Positions 30,092-39,084 of a DNA stretch of 64,000 nt are shown here, piece by piece (position 1 is the first letter of the stretch; each line of letters begins with the position of its first letter). The stretch is from the NCBI GenBank assembly GCA_030065985.1, contig JASJCM010000012.1:136-64135 (forward strand), written 5' to 3'. The notes beneath the pieces were generated by a model that saw only the letters and a program-made list of their open reading frames with translations, made no database searches and was not told the DNA's origin. The position numbers were made by a program, and so were the translations under genes. Source of the stretch: Woeseiaceae bacterium. Its GTDB lineage: Bacteria; Pseudomonadota; Gammaproteobacteria; Steroidobacterales; Woeseiaceae.

Positions 30092-30120
30092 TCTCCGGTA
30101 TTTGAGGAAGAGACCGGAGA
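30092..30120 (-). promoter_or_regulatory. hairpin whose 3' arm contains the Shine-Dalgarno of the peroxiredoxin-like gene
   Basis: On the minus strand, TCTCCGGT-(13 nt)-ACCGGAGA. The GGAG in the 3' arm lies 9 nt upstream of the ATG at 30084. Confidence 0.35.
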
Positions 30121-30133
30121 TCAGACGAAACTA

Positions 30134-32092
30134 TTACATCGCTTTTTCGAGCAGATCCTCGGCACTGATAGAGGCGACGCCACGACTGCGCGCTTTGGCG
30201 CGGTACATGGCCTGGTCTGCCTCGCGCAGCAACCCGGTCAGGGTGTTGGCGTTGTCCGGATAAAGCGCGAGTCCGATGCTCGCAACGCAGACGAGCTTCT
30301 CGCCCTTGATGCCGTAGGGTGCCTCGAGCGCGCTCGTCAGTCGCCTCGCAAGCTTCTCCGCGGTGTCATGATCGACGTCCGGAACTAGCGCAACAAACTC
30401 GTCACCGCCGGGGCGTCCGATAATGTCACGCGAACGCAGGCCCGTGCGCAGACGTCCAGCCGCAATTTTTAGTAGCTCGTCGCCGACTTCATGACCGAAC
30501 TGGTCATTCACGCCTTTGAACTCGTTGAGGTCGATAAACAGCAGCGCTCCGGTCGCATCGTCTTCGCTCTGACTCAATCGCTTCGAAGCATTGCGCTCGA
30601 AGCCACGGCGATTCAGCACACCGGTGAGCGGATCCGACATCGCGATCGAATCCATGTGTCGTTCTTTGGCCTTGCGGTCGGTGATGTCGATGAAGGTCGC
30701 GGCGATATCGTCACCAACAGGCTCGCAGATGACACGCAACCAGCGCTGGGGCGTGTCACCGTTTTTCTGGCGGACTTCTACATCCAGAACCTGACCGTTC
30801 GCGGCTGCGTTTGCAAAGCGATCCACGAGGCTGGTCGCCTCTTGATCGTCCATGCCGGTTACCGCCCGACGCATGACCTGAGTCGCCGAGCAGTCGACTA
30901 TGTCCTCGACCGGTACGCCAAGGAATCTGCCAGCGGCCGGGTTTGCGAAATTGCTGCGCAGCTTGCGTTCGCCGTCAGCGCCTCCGGACCACCTGAACCG
31001 AACGACACCATTCACTGAATGGTCGATGAGTGTGCGCAGCAATTCCTCGCTCTTGCGAACTTCGCTCTGCGCTCTTTCGACATCGCTGACATCGCGGAAC
31101 ATGAGTACCTGCCCGCCGCGCGCCGACGTCCTGTGAGTATCGATCTTCGATACCTGCACATGCAGGAAACGCCCGGTATCGGTGAGCATCTTCTGCGGCT
31201 CACCTGAGTCCAGCGCTTCGTAAACTTCGTGGGCACCGGTGCCGAACAAGGTCTCGAGAGGCGTGCGCAGCGCTCTGGCCTCGTCAACGGATAACATGGT
31301 CTCGGCAGTGTGGTTAAGCCCGATGACGCGGCGATGCTCGTCGATCACGACGACCGGGTCCTGCATGTTCTGGAAGACCGTCTCGTACGCAAGCGGCGTG
31401 AACTCGATGATTTGCTCGCCGATGATCAGCCACGCGTAGATCGGCAGCATCGCCGCAAAGACCAGTGGCACGTAGGAAATGGTGTTCGGACCGACGCCCA
31501 GGTCATAGGCCACCGTCGTACAGATCGGCAGCACACAGGCAGCGACCAGTAAGAAGAGTCCGCGACGGTGTGCCGGTGCGACTGCAGAGCTGTGCGCAAG
31601 AAGCGTCAGGATCGCGGCACCGATCAGGAGATAGCTGTACGGCAGATGGACAAAGAGAAACCACGGTCCCCATTTCGCGGGACGTGTCAGGTACTCGCCG
31701 GATTCGTTGACGAACGGCGCGTACCACATGAATTCATGGTGGACATTGGTCGCGGCGAGCCCGATTGATACGAGCGGAACGAAGCTCAGGATCGCAAGCC
31801 GGACTGCCGACGTTTCTGTGCCCGTGTACTCACGAAAGCAGACATAGGCGACGACAGGTACTAAAGCCGTGCCGACGAAGTGCCCCGTTCGGCCGATCGA
31901 AAAGCCCACGAAGGTCGTCGACAGGAGTTCGATGCTGCCACCGACCACCCAGAGGCTGACTACGATGAACAGCACGCCGATGGGAACGGTGCCAACGTCT
32001 CGTCTGAGAACGACAAGACGCAGCCCGAGCAGCGCGTAGCACGCTGCCGCGAAGAGCAGAATTCCTGCGATGGCGACGTCGAGATTCATCAA
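30134..32092 (-). CDS. sensor diguanylate cyclase (N-terminal 7TM domain, 2 PAS, GGDEF)
   Basis: 652 aa with seven N-terminal TM helices and PAS-like segments. Active site GRPGGDEFV, with an RxxD I-site (RSRD) five residues upstream. Confidence 0.88.
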   Translation of the reverse strand: MMNLDVAIAGILLFAAACYALLGLRLVVLRRDVGTVPIGVLFIVVSLWVVGGSIELLSTTFVGFSIGRTGHFVGTALVPVVAYVCFREYTGTETSAVRLAILSFVPLVSIGLAATNVHHEFMWYAPFVNESGEYLTRPAKWGPWFLFVHLPYSYLLIGAAILTLLAHSSAVAPAHRRGLFLLVAACVLPICTTVAYDLGVGPNTISYVPLVFAAMLPIYAWLIIGEQIIEFTPLAYETVFQNMQDPVVVIDEHRRVIGLNHTAETMLSVDEARALRTPLETLFGTGAHEVYEALDSGEPQKMLTDTGRFLHVQVSKIDTHRTSARGGQVLMFRDVSDVERAQSEVRKSEELLRTLIDHSVNGVVRFRWSGGADGERKLRSNFANPAAGRFLGVPVEDIVDCSATQVMRRAVTGMDDQEATSLVDRFANAAANGQVLDVEVRQKNGDTPQRWLRVICEPVGDDIAATFIDITDRKAKERHMDSIAMSDPLTGVLNRRGFERNASKRLSQSEDDATGALLFIDLNEFKGVNDQFGHEVGDELLKIAAGRLRTGLRSRDIIGRPGGDEFVALVPDVDHDTAEKLARRLTSALEAPYGIKGEKLVCVASIGLALYPDNANTLTGLLREADQAMYRAKARSRGVASISAEDLLEKAM

Positions 32093-32254
32093 ATTTCTGG
32101 CTATTTAACGAAATCCGGCGCCCATGTTAGCTGGCGTAAGCCTCTGATTCGCGGAACTGTTTCTCAGCTTGCGGACTTCAGAGGCCACAGCAACGGCCGA
32201 TAAGGGAATAGAGGCGTATACTCAGTCCAATTATTGTCAAATCGATCCAGTGCC

Positions 32255-32728
32255 ATGTCTGACGACCTGAAGAAAACGATTCGCCTGGTGCGCAAGAACA
32301 AATGCATTACCGACGATCGCGGCAGGACAGTATGGAACGTGCCGATCGAGAATACTGAGCTCGAGCTCGTGTCGACCGAGCGACTCGAGCAGATGATTGC
32401 GGCAGATGGGAAGCGCGCAAAGGAGCGTATCGCCCAGGTCGCCGATCAGAAGGATGGCATTCTCGCGCACAACGCGGCCGATGATCGCTTCCAGATTATC
32501 GATGACGACGATCTGATGGCCGCGCTCGACAGCGCGTCTGACACCAAGGATCGTGAGGTCATGCTCGCCAGTGAGGACGCGCCGGAATTCGACGACGCAA
32601 GCGGTGGCGATGAAGAACTGTCGCTCGTCAGCACGCAGATGCTGAAGAAGCTTCTCGATGTGGAGGACGCGGACGAAGAAGAGGCGCCGCCAGCGGAATC
32701 AGGCTTCAACCCCTACGATCACAACTGA
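32255..32728 (+). CDS. hypothetical acidic protein
   Basis: Start trimmed to the ATG at 32255 (MSDDLKKTIRLV). About 30% D/E. Internal repeat ELELVSTERLEQMI / ELSLVSTQMLKKLL. Confidence 0.5.
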   Translation: MSDDLKKTIRLVRKNKCITDDRGRTVWNVPIENTELELVSTERLEQMIAADGKRAKERIAQVADQKDGILAHNAADDRFQIIDDDDLMAALDSASDTKDREVMLASEDAPEFDDASGGDEELSLVSTQMLKKLLDVEDADEEEAPPAESGFNPYDHN

Positions 32729-33744
32729 TCGAAACCTGCGAGAAATCGCTCCCTGCCGAGTTCATCCAGCGCTACCAGGAACGCAATGGCGCTTTGCTCC
32801 GTCGCGAGCAGCTTGTTGCGGTATTCATCATCGGGATCGCGCTCACGCAACCGCCAGTAGAAAAGGGTAATCGACGTCGCCAGGCGCGCCCGAATCAGAT
32901 CGAACAGTAGCTGCAGCTCGTCGTTCTGCAGTGGTAACACCGCATGGAAGGCCTCGATGAACGGCACAATCAGATCGAACGGCTTCTCTGCACGCAGGTA
33001 GGAGGCCGCGATCGCGACCTCGAAGACCAGCGGCGCCCTCATCATATCTCCGAAGTCGATAAAACCGATGCCACTGTCACAAAGCAGAACATTCTCCGGA
33101 TTGGCGTCGGAATGAATGACCTGCGCACGCATCCGGTCCATCCCGGGTGCGACGCGCGCATCAAAGTCGTCAATAACGGTCTCGACCCTTCGGCGGAGAT
33201 CTTCGTCATCGATGAAATCGAGCAGGTGACGAACTTCACCGGTGCGCTGCATATCCCATAGCAGCAATGGGCTTTGGCCCGGATGAGAGAATCCACCAAG
33301 AGCGAGGTCAAACATCGCAAGCGCTGCGCCGAAACGGCCGGCCATATCCGGCATCATGTCGAACTCATCGAGCGGCTGTCCCTCGACGAAGTCTACGATA
33401 CGCAATCGGCACGCCGAACCGCCAACGTCAATCGTCCCGGAGGTCTTGCCATCGAGCGCTCGGACAACACGTGGCAACGGCAGATTGTCCTCGCGTTCAA
33501 GATGCAGCAGCGCCGCAATCTGAAAATCGGTCACGGCACTGTCTTCAAGGGAACTTGTCACCTTGACGACGAAACGGCGCCCATCTGAAGTTGTCAGGCG
33601 GAAGTTCTGGTCACGCTCGCTGACCAGTGGCAGGTAGTCGCCCTGCAAGCCGAACTGTGCCAGCACCCGCGCCGCGACATCGGCGACGTCGGCCTGTGGC
33701 GGCGCGATGGCAATGGCAGAAAGAGAAGTCTTGCGCGGCGTCAT
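32719..33744 (-). CDS. aminoglycoside-phosphotransferase-fold kinase (APH / hydroxylysine-kinase-like)
   Basis: 341 aa. Catalytic loop VIHSDANPENVL and metal-binding motif IDFGD. Confidence 0.8.
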   Translation of the reverse strand: MTPRKTSLSAIAIAPPQADVADVAARVLAQFGLQGDYLPLVSERDQNFRLTTSDGRRFVVKVTSSLEDSAVTDFQIAALLHLEREDNLPLPRVVRALDGKTSGTIDVGGSACRLRIVDFVEGQPLDEFDMMPDMAGRFGAALAMFDLALGGFSHPGQSPLLLWDMQRTGEVRHLLDFIDDEDLRRRVETVIDDFDARVAPGMDRMRAQVIHSDANPENVLLCDSGIGFIDFGDMMRAPLVFEVAIAASYLRAEKPFDLIVPFIEAFHAVLPLQNDELQLLFDLIRARLATSITLFYWRLRERDPDDEYRNKLLATEQSAIAFLVALDELGRERFLAGFDQL

Positions 33745-33881
33745 GACCTGGCTAGCCGGTCAGGCCCCGCGATCCGCTCTCCGGCGAGCCTTCGAACAAC
33801 CGGCGCATCGCTCAGGAGGAACGGCCGCAGAATCAGACGTGTCGTGTCAATGGATGGCTGGGGCATGTAGAACAGAGGCGT

Positions 33882-33915
33882 AAAACCCATTCGCCCGGGC
33901 GGTTGCCCGGGCGAA
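33882..33915 (-). terminator. rho-independent terminator after the DUF2846 gene
   Basis: On the minus strand, TTCGCCCGGGC-AACC-GCCCGGGCGAA (perfect 11-bp stem) is followed by TGGGTTTTA. Confidence 0.75.
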
Positions 33916-33938
33916 CAGGATGCGAATCAAACCAGCTG

Positions 33939-34373
33939 TTATTCGCCCGCGTATTTGGTCTTCTTGATTTCTTCCTTGCCTACGGAAGCTTCGACCAGAA
34001 CAGGCTTAACGTGACCGACGAATGCGCCCATCTTCATCTCAAGCCGCACGTACATCTCTTCGCCCGCGTCGAGCGTGACGTCGAGACTGCGCTTGGCTTC
34101 AGTTGATGCGGCGATCGTGTAGTCACCCGGCGGAAGGTCTACATAGAAAAAACCTTTTGCGGACGAGGTCCCGACCGCATCACCGTTGACGCGAATGGCG
34201 GGTTTCACCGCAGCACCCAGCGAAGATGGCCGGTACATGTAGATGCGTCCTTTGCCATCACCGACCGCTTGCATTTGCGATTCGTATTCCTCAAAAGCCG
34301 GGCCTGACGCGCAGCCTGCGAATGCGACTACGGTGGCCAGCAATGCTAGAAGACCAGCTTTTCTTGTTTTCAT
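33939..34373 (-). CDS. DUF2846 domain lipoprotein
   Basis: Lipobox FAGC. The block GRIYMYRP...AIRVNG...GFFYVDLPPGDYTI fits DUF2846 as I recall it. Confidence 0.7.
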   Translation of the reverse strand: MKTRKAGLLALLATVVAFAGCASGPAFEEYESQMQAVGDGKGRIYMYRPSSLGAAVKPAIRVNGDAVGTSSAKGFFYVDLPPGDYTIAASTEAKRSLDVTLDAGEEMYVRLEMKMGAFVGHVKPVLVEASVGKEEIKKTKYAGE

Positions 34374-34376
34374 GAG

Positions 34377-34751
34377 TTACTCCACTTTGACGAATTCGAG
34401 AGGTACCGGCCGGGTGGCGACGAAGGCTTTGGCGACCTTGGGGTAGTAACCGACGATATTCCCGTCCTTGACAACAATCGCAGCCTCATAGACGTTGAAG
34501 CTATTCACGATAATCACCTGATCCTTGGTGTCGAATACCCGACCATGGCTGATTGTGCCGATGTGAGACCACTGCGTGTCCGCACGCAGTTTGAGATCTG
34601 CTGTACGCGGTGCCTCGATGGTGATGGCCTCGGCCAGGCGGTAACGAGTCGGATCGAGATCCGATTCGTCCATAGCTTCGGCAAGGTTAACGACGGTCGC
34701 AGAACAGGCGACCAGTGTCAGAGCAATACTAACGAGCAAAGCGATACGCAT
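34377..34751 (-). CDS. hypothetical lipoprotein
   Basis: 124 aa. Lipobox LVAC. Lies 3 nt upstream of the DUF2846 gene. Confidence 0.55.
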   Translation of the reverse strand: MRIALLVSIALTLVACSATVVNLAEAMDESDLDPTRYRLAEAITIEAPRTADLKLRADTQWSHIGTISHGRVFDTKDQVIIVNSFNVYEAAIVVKDGNIVGYYPKVAKAFVATRPVPLEFVKVE

Positions 34752-34847
34752 AGTGCCGTAGACAGCCAGTGGCCGTCCCTCCCATACAGCCTACCTGTGA
34801 TCTTAGCGCCCGTACCCCGTACTTGTCATCAACGTTCGCGCCGGCAT

Positions 34848-34934
34848 TTAGACGGGGCTGGCACCATAGAAGTAAGCGAGCATTGCGATTATCAGGGCAA
34901 GAACAACGAATACGAGGACTCTTACTTTGATCAT
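34848..34934 (-). CDS. possible 28-aa single-TM micropeptide
   Basis: Hand-found and below the ORF-track cutoff. GGAGGGAAAA precedes an ATG that encodes MIKVRVLVFVVLALIIAMLAYFYGASPV. No further support. Confidence 0.3.
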   Translation of the reverse strand: MIKVRVLVFVVLALIIAMLAYFYGASPV

Positions 34935-35150
34935 TTTTCCCTCCTCAGCAGGTTGGTCGCTGCTTTTATTCTTTTGACGGAGAACCGTCGTCACTGGTCA
35001 TTCTAGACTAGTGAGTGCGCTTCTTCACTCTCGTCGCAATGAAGTCGTCCACCTTGGCGACGTAGCGGTCGGGCATCTCGATGCGGAAAACGAAAGAATA
35101 ACCGCTACCAGAAAGATGTTGGCGACCGGGCTTGGCCAAGAAGATATTTG

Positions 35151-35636
35151 TCAGCCTCCACCTAGAACTTTCTGATACTCCGCCGCTGTAATGAACTGAC
35201 CGAATGACTCACACCAGACTATCGCCGTGCTGAAAGCTGCCGGGTCCACAGAGTCCGGCACAGACACCATGAAGTTCTCGAATGTCCGAATCGGCCCAAC
35301 CTCAACCATCTGCGACTTCAATGCCTCGAAAGCCGCTTCGGTTTCGACGAACTCCGGCGACAGATACAAGCGGTAATCCGGCCCGGGAGCCAGTTGACCA
35401 TCGAGCGCAATGGTGTCGGGACCAACGTAAAGTGTGCCCTCACCCCAATGCAGCGCATCGCTGTCCTCGAGATCACGACGAAATTCTGCCGTGAACTCAG
35501 AGTTGTTGGCGGCCGACTGGACCTCTTGCTCTCCGGGTCCTTCAGGTGCGATCAGAATCGGCAGCATGTAGATACCCAGCACGAATCCAACACCGACCGC
35601 CGCTGCGTGTGTACCGATACGAATTAGCCACTTCAT
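35151..35636 (-). CDS. DM13 domain protein (membrane-anchored)
   Basis: N-terminal TM anchor. The block ALHWGEGTLYV...LAPGPDYRLYL fits the DM13 domain pattern. Confidence 0.6.
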   Translation of the reverse strand: MKWLIRIGTHAAAVGVGFVLGIYMLPILIAPEGPGEQEVQSAANNSEFTAEFRRDLEDSDALHWGEGTLYVGPDTIALDGQLAPGPDYRLYLSPEFVETEAAFEALKSQMVEVGPIRTFENFMVSVPDSVDPAAFSTAIVWCESFGQFITAAEYQKVLGGG

Positions 35637-35725
35637 TGCATTTCTCCAGGCTCAGGTAAAGAGGGTCAATTTGCTTCAAGGACCCTTGCGGCTGGAGAGT
35701 TATTACAGCAGATAAGCCGTGTCGC

Positions 35726-36700
35726 CTAGAATCTCACGGTCGCGTTTATGCCGAAGGCATCCTGGTCAGCGCTCCCCCCGGTTGGCGGAGCGGCAACTGT
35801 CACGTTGCCAAGATAATCCACGTCATCGACTCGATAGCGTGCGGAGAGCTTGAAATTCGGCCGCACGAACCAGCTCGCGAATCCCTCGAATCCGAGACTG
35901 TCCGATCCTGGCAGGTCGCTCGATCCGTCCTGGATGGCAATCCCGAATTCGACGTCCCTGTTCGGATACATCGAGACTGCAGCGCGCCAGGTATCGACAT
36001 CCGGTCCGCCATCGGCATCAACGCGGTTGTATCCAAGATCGACAGCGTACTGCCATTGGTCGTTGAAGTTACCGAGATGCTCGAATGTCACGCCAAATGC
36101 CGAAGCGTCAGACCCGCCGTCAGCATCGACCTGACTAATCTCCAGTTCGAGCGTCGTATTCTCGGCAATGTACTTGCCGAATCCGAGCCCCCAGCCTGTT
36201 GCATCGAAAGACGAATTTATGGGCGCGCCCACCGTGACTTCCGTGGTCACCAGGCCGATACTTCCGATCCAGCCGCTGTCCTTGCCGACATAGCGAAAAT
36301 TGGCTGCGAACGTGTCGTCGTCTGAATCGATCCTCGAGTCAATCGGTGGAAACGGAAACGCGGGATCGGTGCTGGTAAAAACCGTCGAGAACGTGCTGTC
36401 TGTCTGTGAGTACCCGATCGCTAAAGAAGAGGCTCTGTCGACGAGCGTCGCTCGTGCTCGTGGCCCGTTGTCATCAGACAGCCCATTGAAGTACCAGGTC
36501 CCTGACAGGCTCAGTTCATCAGTCTCGATTTCATTCGAATTGAAGATTGTTCCGGCATTCGTCGTAATCGTCTGGCTGCCGTCGAAGTTCAGGCTCGAGA
36601 AACCAACATCGAACTCGAAGTCATAGTCTTCAGCCATCGTCGGCTGTGCAACGAGTAGGCCTGCCATCAGTGAGCTCGCAACGGCAATTCTGGGCGTCAT
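35726..36700 (-). CDS. outer-membrane beta-barrel (porin-like) protein
   Basis: Start trimmed to the ATG at 36700, 7 nt after AGGAGA. Signal peptide ..AQPTMA. Alternating beta-strand pattern and a C-terminal ..NATVRF. Confidence 0.65.
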   Translation of the reverse strand: MTPRIAVASSLMAGLLVAQPTMAEDYDFEFDVGFSSLNFDGSQTITTNAGTIFNSNEIETDELSLSGTWYFNGLSDDNGPRARATLVDRASSLAIGYSQTDSTFSTVFTSTDPAFPFPPIDSRIDSDDDTFAANFRYVGKDSGWIGSIGLVTTEVTVGAPINSSFDATGWGLGFGKYIAENTTLELEISQVDADGGSDASAFGVTFEHLGNFNDQWQYAVDLGYNRVDADGGPDVDTWRAAVSMYPNRDVEFGIAIQDGSSDLPGSDSLGFEGFASWFVRPNFKLSARYRVDDVDYLGNVTVAAPPTGGSADQDAFGINATVRF

Positions 36701-36840
36701 CAATACGTCTCCTGGGTCCAGTGTCGACGCAGTCGAAACGACGTCGGCATCGATAGTCGAAAGGAATGTACTTATTTACGTCGATGCACCGCTTTCTGCA
36801 ACTGTTGCACCGCAAACGGACTGCGGACTCGCGCTATTTG

Positions 36841-38943
36841 CTATTGTTGCCGGGCCCAGGCTTTGTGAGCAGCCTCTATGACAAAGGCTTGCACTGCCTG
36901 GCTGTCGTTCACATCGAAGATCGTGGCAAATGCGGGCATGCCCCGATCACGGCGCGCACCGCCCAGGACGATCGCGTCCCAGGCGTCGTGCACATCAGCG
37001 CCTGAATGCCGCAGGTCAGGCGTAATACCGCCACTCGCAACGTCGATGCCGTGGCACACGACACAGCGCTGGTAGTAGAGCCGCTTGCCGTGCTCAATCG
37101 TCTCCGTGCTCGCGGTTTGCTCGGGCGGCTCGGGTATCGGCATCGGCTCGCGTGGCTCTGGCGCCGGCAGGCTGGCGGTCCCACCGTGCTTGAATGCGAG
37201 GATGCGACTCTTGTTTTCCAGTCCTATGCTTGCTGTTGCTTCACCGCCCAGCATGGCGAAGATCGTTCCCCAGCCGGCCGCGACGGCAATGTGTTGCTCG
37301 CCGTTCACAGAATACGTTGACGGCGCAGCTGCGATCCCGGTCTGTACCGGGAACGCCCATAATCGTTCTCCGGACGTCGCGTCGTAGGCAGCAAACTCAC
37401 CGATCAGGCTGCCCTGAAAGACGAGACTCCCTGCTGTCGATAACGTGCCACCGTTCCACGGGCCAAGATGCTGGTAGCGCCACACCTCCTTCTGCGCCAC
37501 CGGGTCCCAGGCAACGAGCTGGCCTCGAACCATCGCCGCGACTTGCGCTGCTACGGCCGGATCTTCAGGTGTTTCGAGCGTCCGGAAGTCGATCCCGGTG
37601 TTCCAGAATCCTTCGGCAAATTCGAAGCCCGCGTCCTCGAGCGCCAGCGCCGGAAGATCCTGCGACGGCAGGTAGACGAGTCCTGTCTCCGGGTTGAACG
37701 ACATTGGGTGCCAGTTATGACCGCCGAGGCCTGACGGGATGATCAGGAAAGGCGCGTCCGCATAGCGGGCGCCCGGTGCCTCAATGGGCCGTCCAGTAGT
37801 CTTGTCGACTCCCTCAGCCCACGTAATCGCGACGTAAGGCTCCGCAGAGATCAGGCTGCCGTCAGTCCGGTCGAGGACGTAGAAGAAGCCGTTCTTGGGC
37901 GCCTGCATAAGCACTTTGCGTGACTCGCCTTCGATTTCCAGGTCGGCAAGCACAATGTGCTGCGTAGCCGTGAAGTCCCATGTGTCACCCGGTGTCGTCT
38001 GGTAGTGCCAGACGTACTCGCCGCTGTCAGGGCGAAGCGCGATGATCGACGACAGGAACAGGTTGTCCCCGCCATCCGGGCTGCGCAGCCGCTGGTTCCA
38101 CGGCGACCCGTTACCGACGCCGATATAAAGGAGATCCAGTTCCGGATCGTAGGCCATCGAGTCCCATACCGTCCCGCCACCACCATGCTCCCACCAACTG
38201 CCTGTCCAGGTGTTCGCCGCCTTCTCCAGGACAGCGTTCTCGAAACCGTCCGCCGGGTTACCGGGTACCGTGTAGAAACGCCATGTCATGTCACCGGTTT
38301 CGGCGGCGTAGGCGCTGACGTAGCCACGCACGCCCAGATCGGCGCCGCCGTTCCCAATGATGACATTGCCTTTGATCACGCGCGGTGCGCCCGTAATCGT
38401 GTAAGGGGTCTGGCGGTCGATCGTATCGACTTTCCAGTTGACCGCGCCCGTTTCTGCATCGAGTGACACGAGGTAACCATCGAGCGTGCCGACAAATACA
38501 CTGTCACCCCATAGCGCAACACCACGGTTGACGACGTCACAGCACGCGTACTGCGCCCACGCTTTCGGCACTTCCGGGTCATAGCGCCACAGCAAGGCGC
38601 CGGTCGCGGCATCAAGCGCATAGACCATGCTCCACGAACCGGTCACGTACATGCGTCCATCCACAACGATCGGCGTTGCTTCCATGCCCCGCTCGGTCGG
38701 AACATCGAAGTACCAGGTGAGACCCAGGTCGCCGACATTGCCGGAGTTAATCGACTCGAGCGGGCTAAAGCGCATCTCGGAGTAGTCACGGCCGTGCGAT
38801 AGCCAGTTGCCAGACTCCCCCGCGACGATGCGGGCGTGATCGACGTTGGCGGCCGCCGATTCCGCCTGATCTTCTGATTTGGAGCCGCAGCCGTTCAACA
38901 CGACGGCGCAGGCGAGTCCGTACAGGCAGTACTTGCTGTTCAT
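36841..38943 (-). CDS. PQQ-dependent quinohemoprotein alcohol dehydrogenase (type II ADH-like)
   Basis: Start trimmed to MNSKYCLYGLACAVVLNGCG. Vicinal-Cys motif YACCDVVNRG, propeller W-motifs, the WDFT catalytic-Asp region and a C-terminal cytochrome c motif CVVCHG. Confidence 0.88.
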   Translation of the reverse strand: MNSKYCLYGLACAVVLNGCGSKSEDQAESAAANVDHARIVAGESGNWLSHGRDYSEMRFSPLESINSGNVGDLGLTWYFDVPTERGMEATPIVVDGRMYVTGSWSMVYALDAATGALLWRYDPEVPKAWAQYACCDVVNRGVALWGDSVFVGTLDGYLVSLDAETGAVNWKVDTIDRQTPYTITGAPRVIKGNVIIGNGGADLGVRGYVSAYAAETGDMTWRFYTVPGNPADGFENAVLEKAANTWTGSWWEHGGGGTVWDSMAYDPELDLLYIGVGNGSPWNQRLRSPDGGDNLFLSSIIALRPDSGEYVWHYQTTPGDTWDFTATQHIVLADLEIEGESRKVLMQAPKNGFFYVLDRTDGSLISAEPYVAITWAEGVDKTTGRPIEAPGARYADAPFLIIPSGLGGHNWHPMSFNPETGLVYLPSQDLPALALEDAGFEFAEGFWNTGIDFRTLETPEDPAVAAQVAAMVRGQLVAWDPVAQKEVWRYQHLGPWNGGTLSTAGSLVFQGSLIGEFAAYDATSGERLWAFPVQTGIAAAPSTYSVNGEQHIAVAAGWGTIFAMLGGEATASIGLENKSRILAFKHGGTASLPAPEPREPMPIPEPPEQTASTETIEHGKRLYYQRCVVCHGIDVASGGITPDLRHSGADVHDAWDAIVLGGARRDRGMPAFATIFDVNDSQAVQAFVIEAAHKAWARQQ

Positions 38944-39084
38944 AGATTTCCCCAAGTAGCTTCGACAGCTCGAAATCCGTGGACGTCCGATCATCGTACC
39001 CCAAACGTGTTACCGGTGTTTCGTGGCGGAACTGTCGATTACGTCGCGTACTCTTGAACATAATTGCGCGAGAATTACACTGCT

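Noticed and set aside
35008-35139. Small minus-strand ORF (TTG start, 43 aa; or ATG at 35076, 22 aa: MPDRYVAKVDDFIATRVKKRTH) just downstream of the DM13 gene.
   Set aside because: It has no convincing RBS, is too short and has no recognisable family. I could not support it as a gene.
36841-38943. Possibility that the PQQ dehydrogenase is a lanthanide-dependent (XoxF/PedH-type) enzyme.
   Set aside because: The extra Asp two residues after the catalytic Asp (D-x-D) is absent; the sequence reads W-D-F-T. The heme c domain also fits Ca-dependent type II quinohemoprotein ADHs. This still needs an alignment to confirm.
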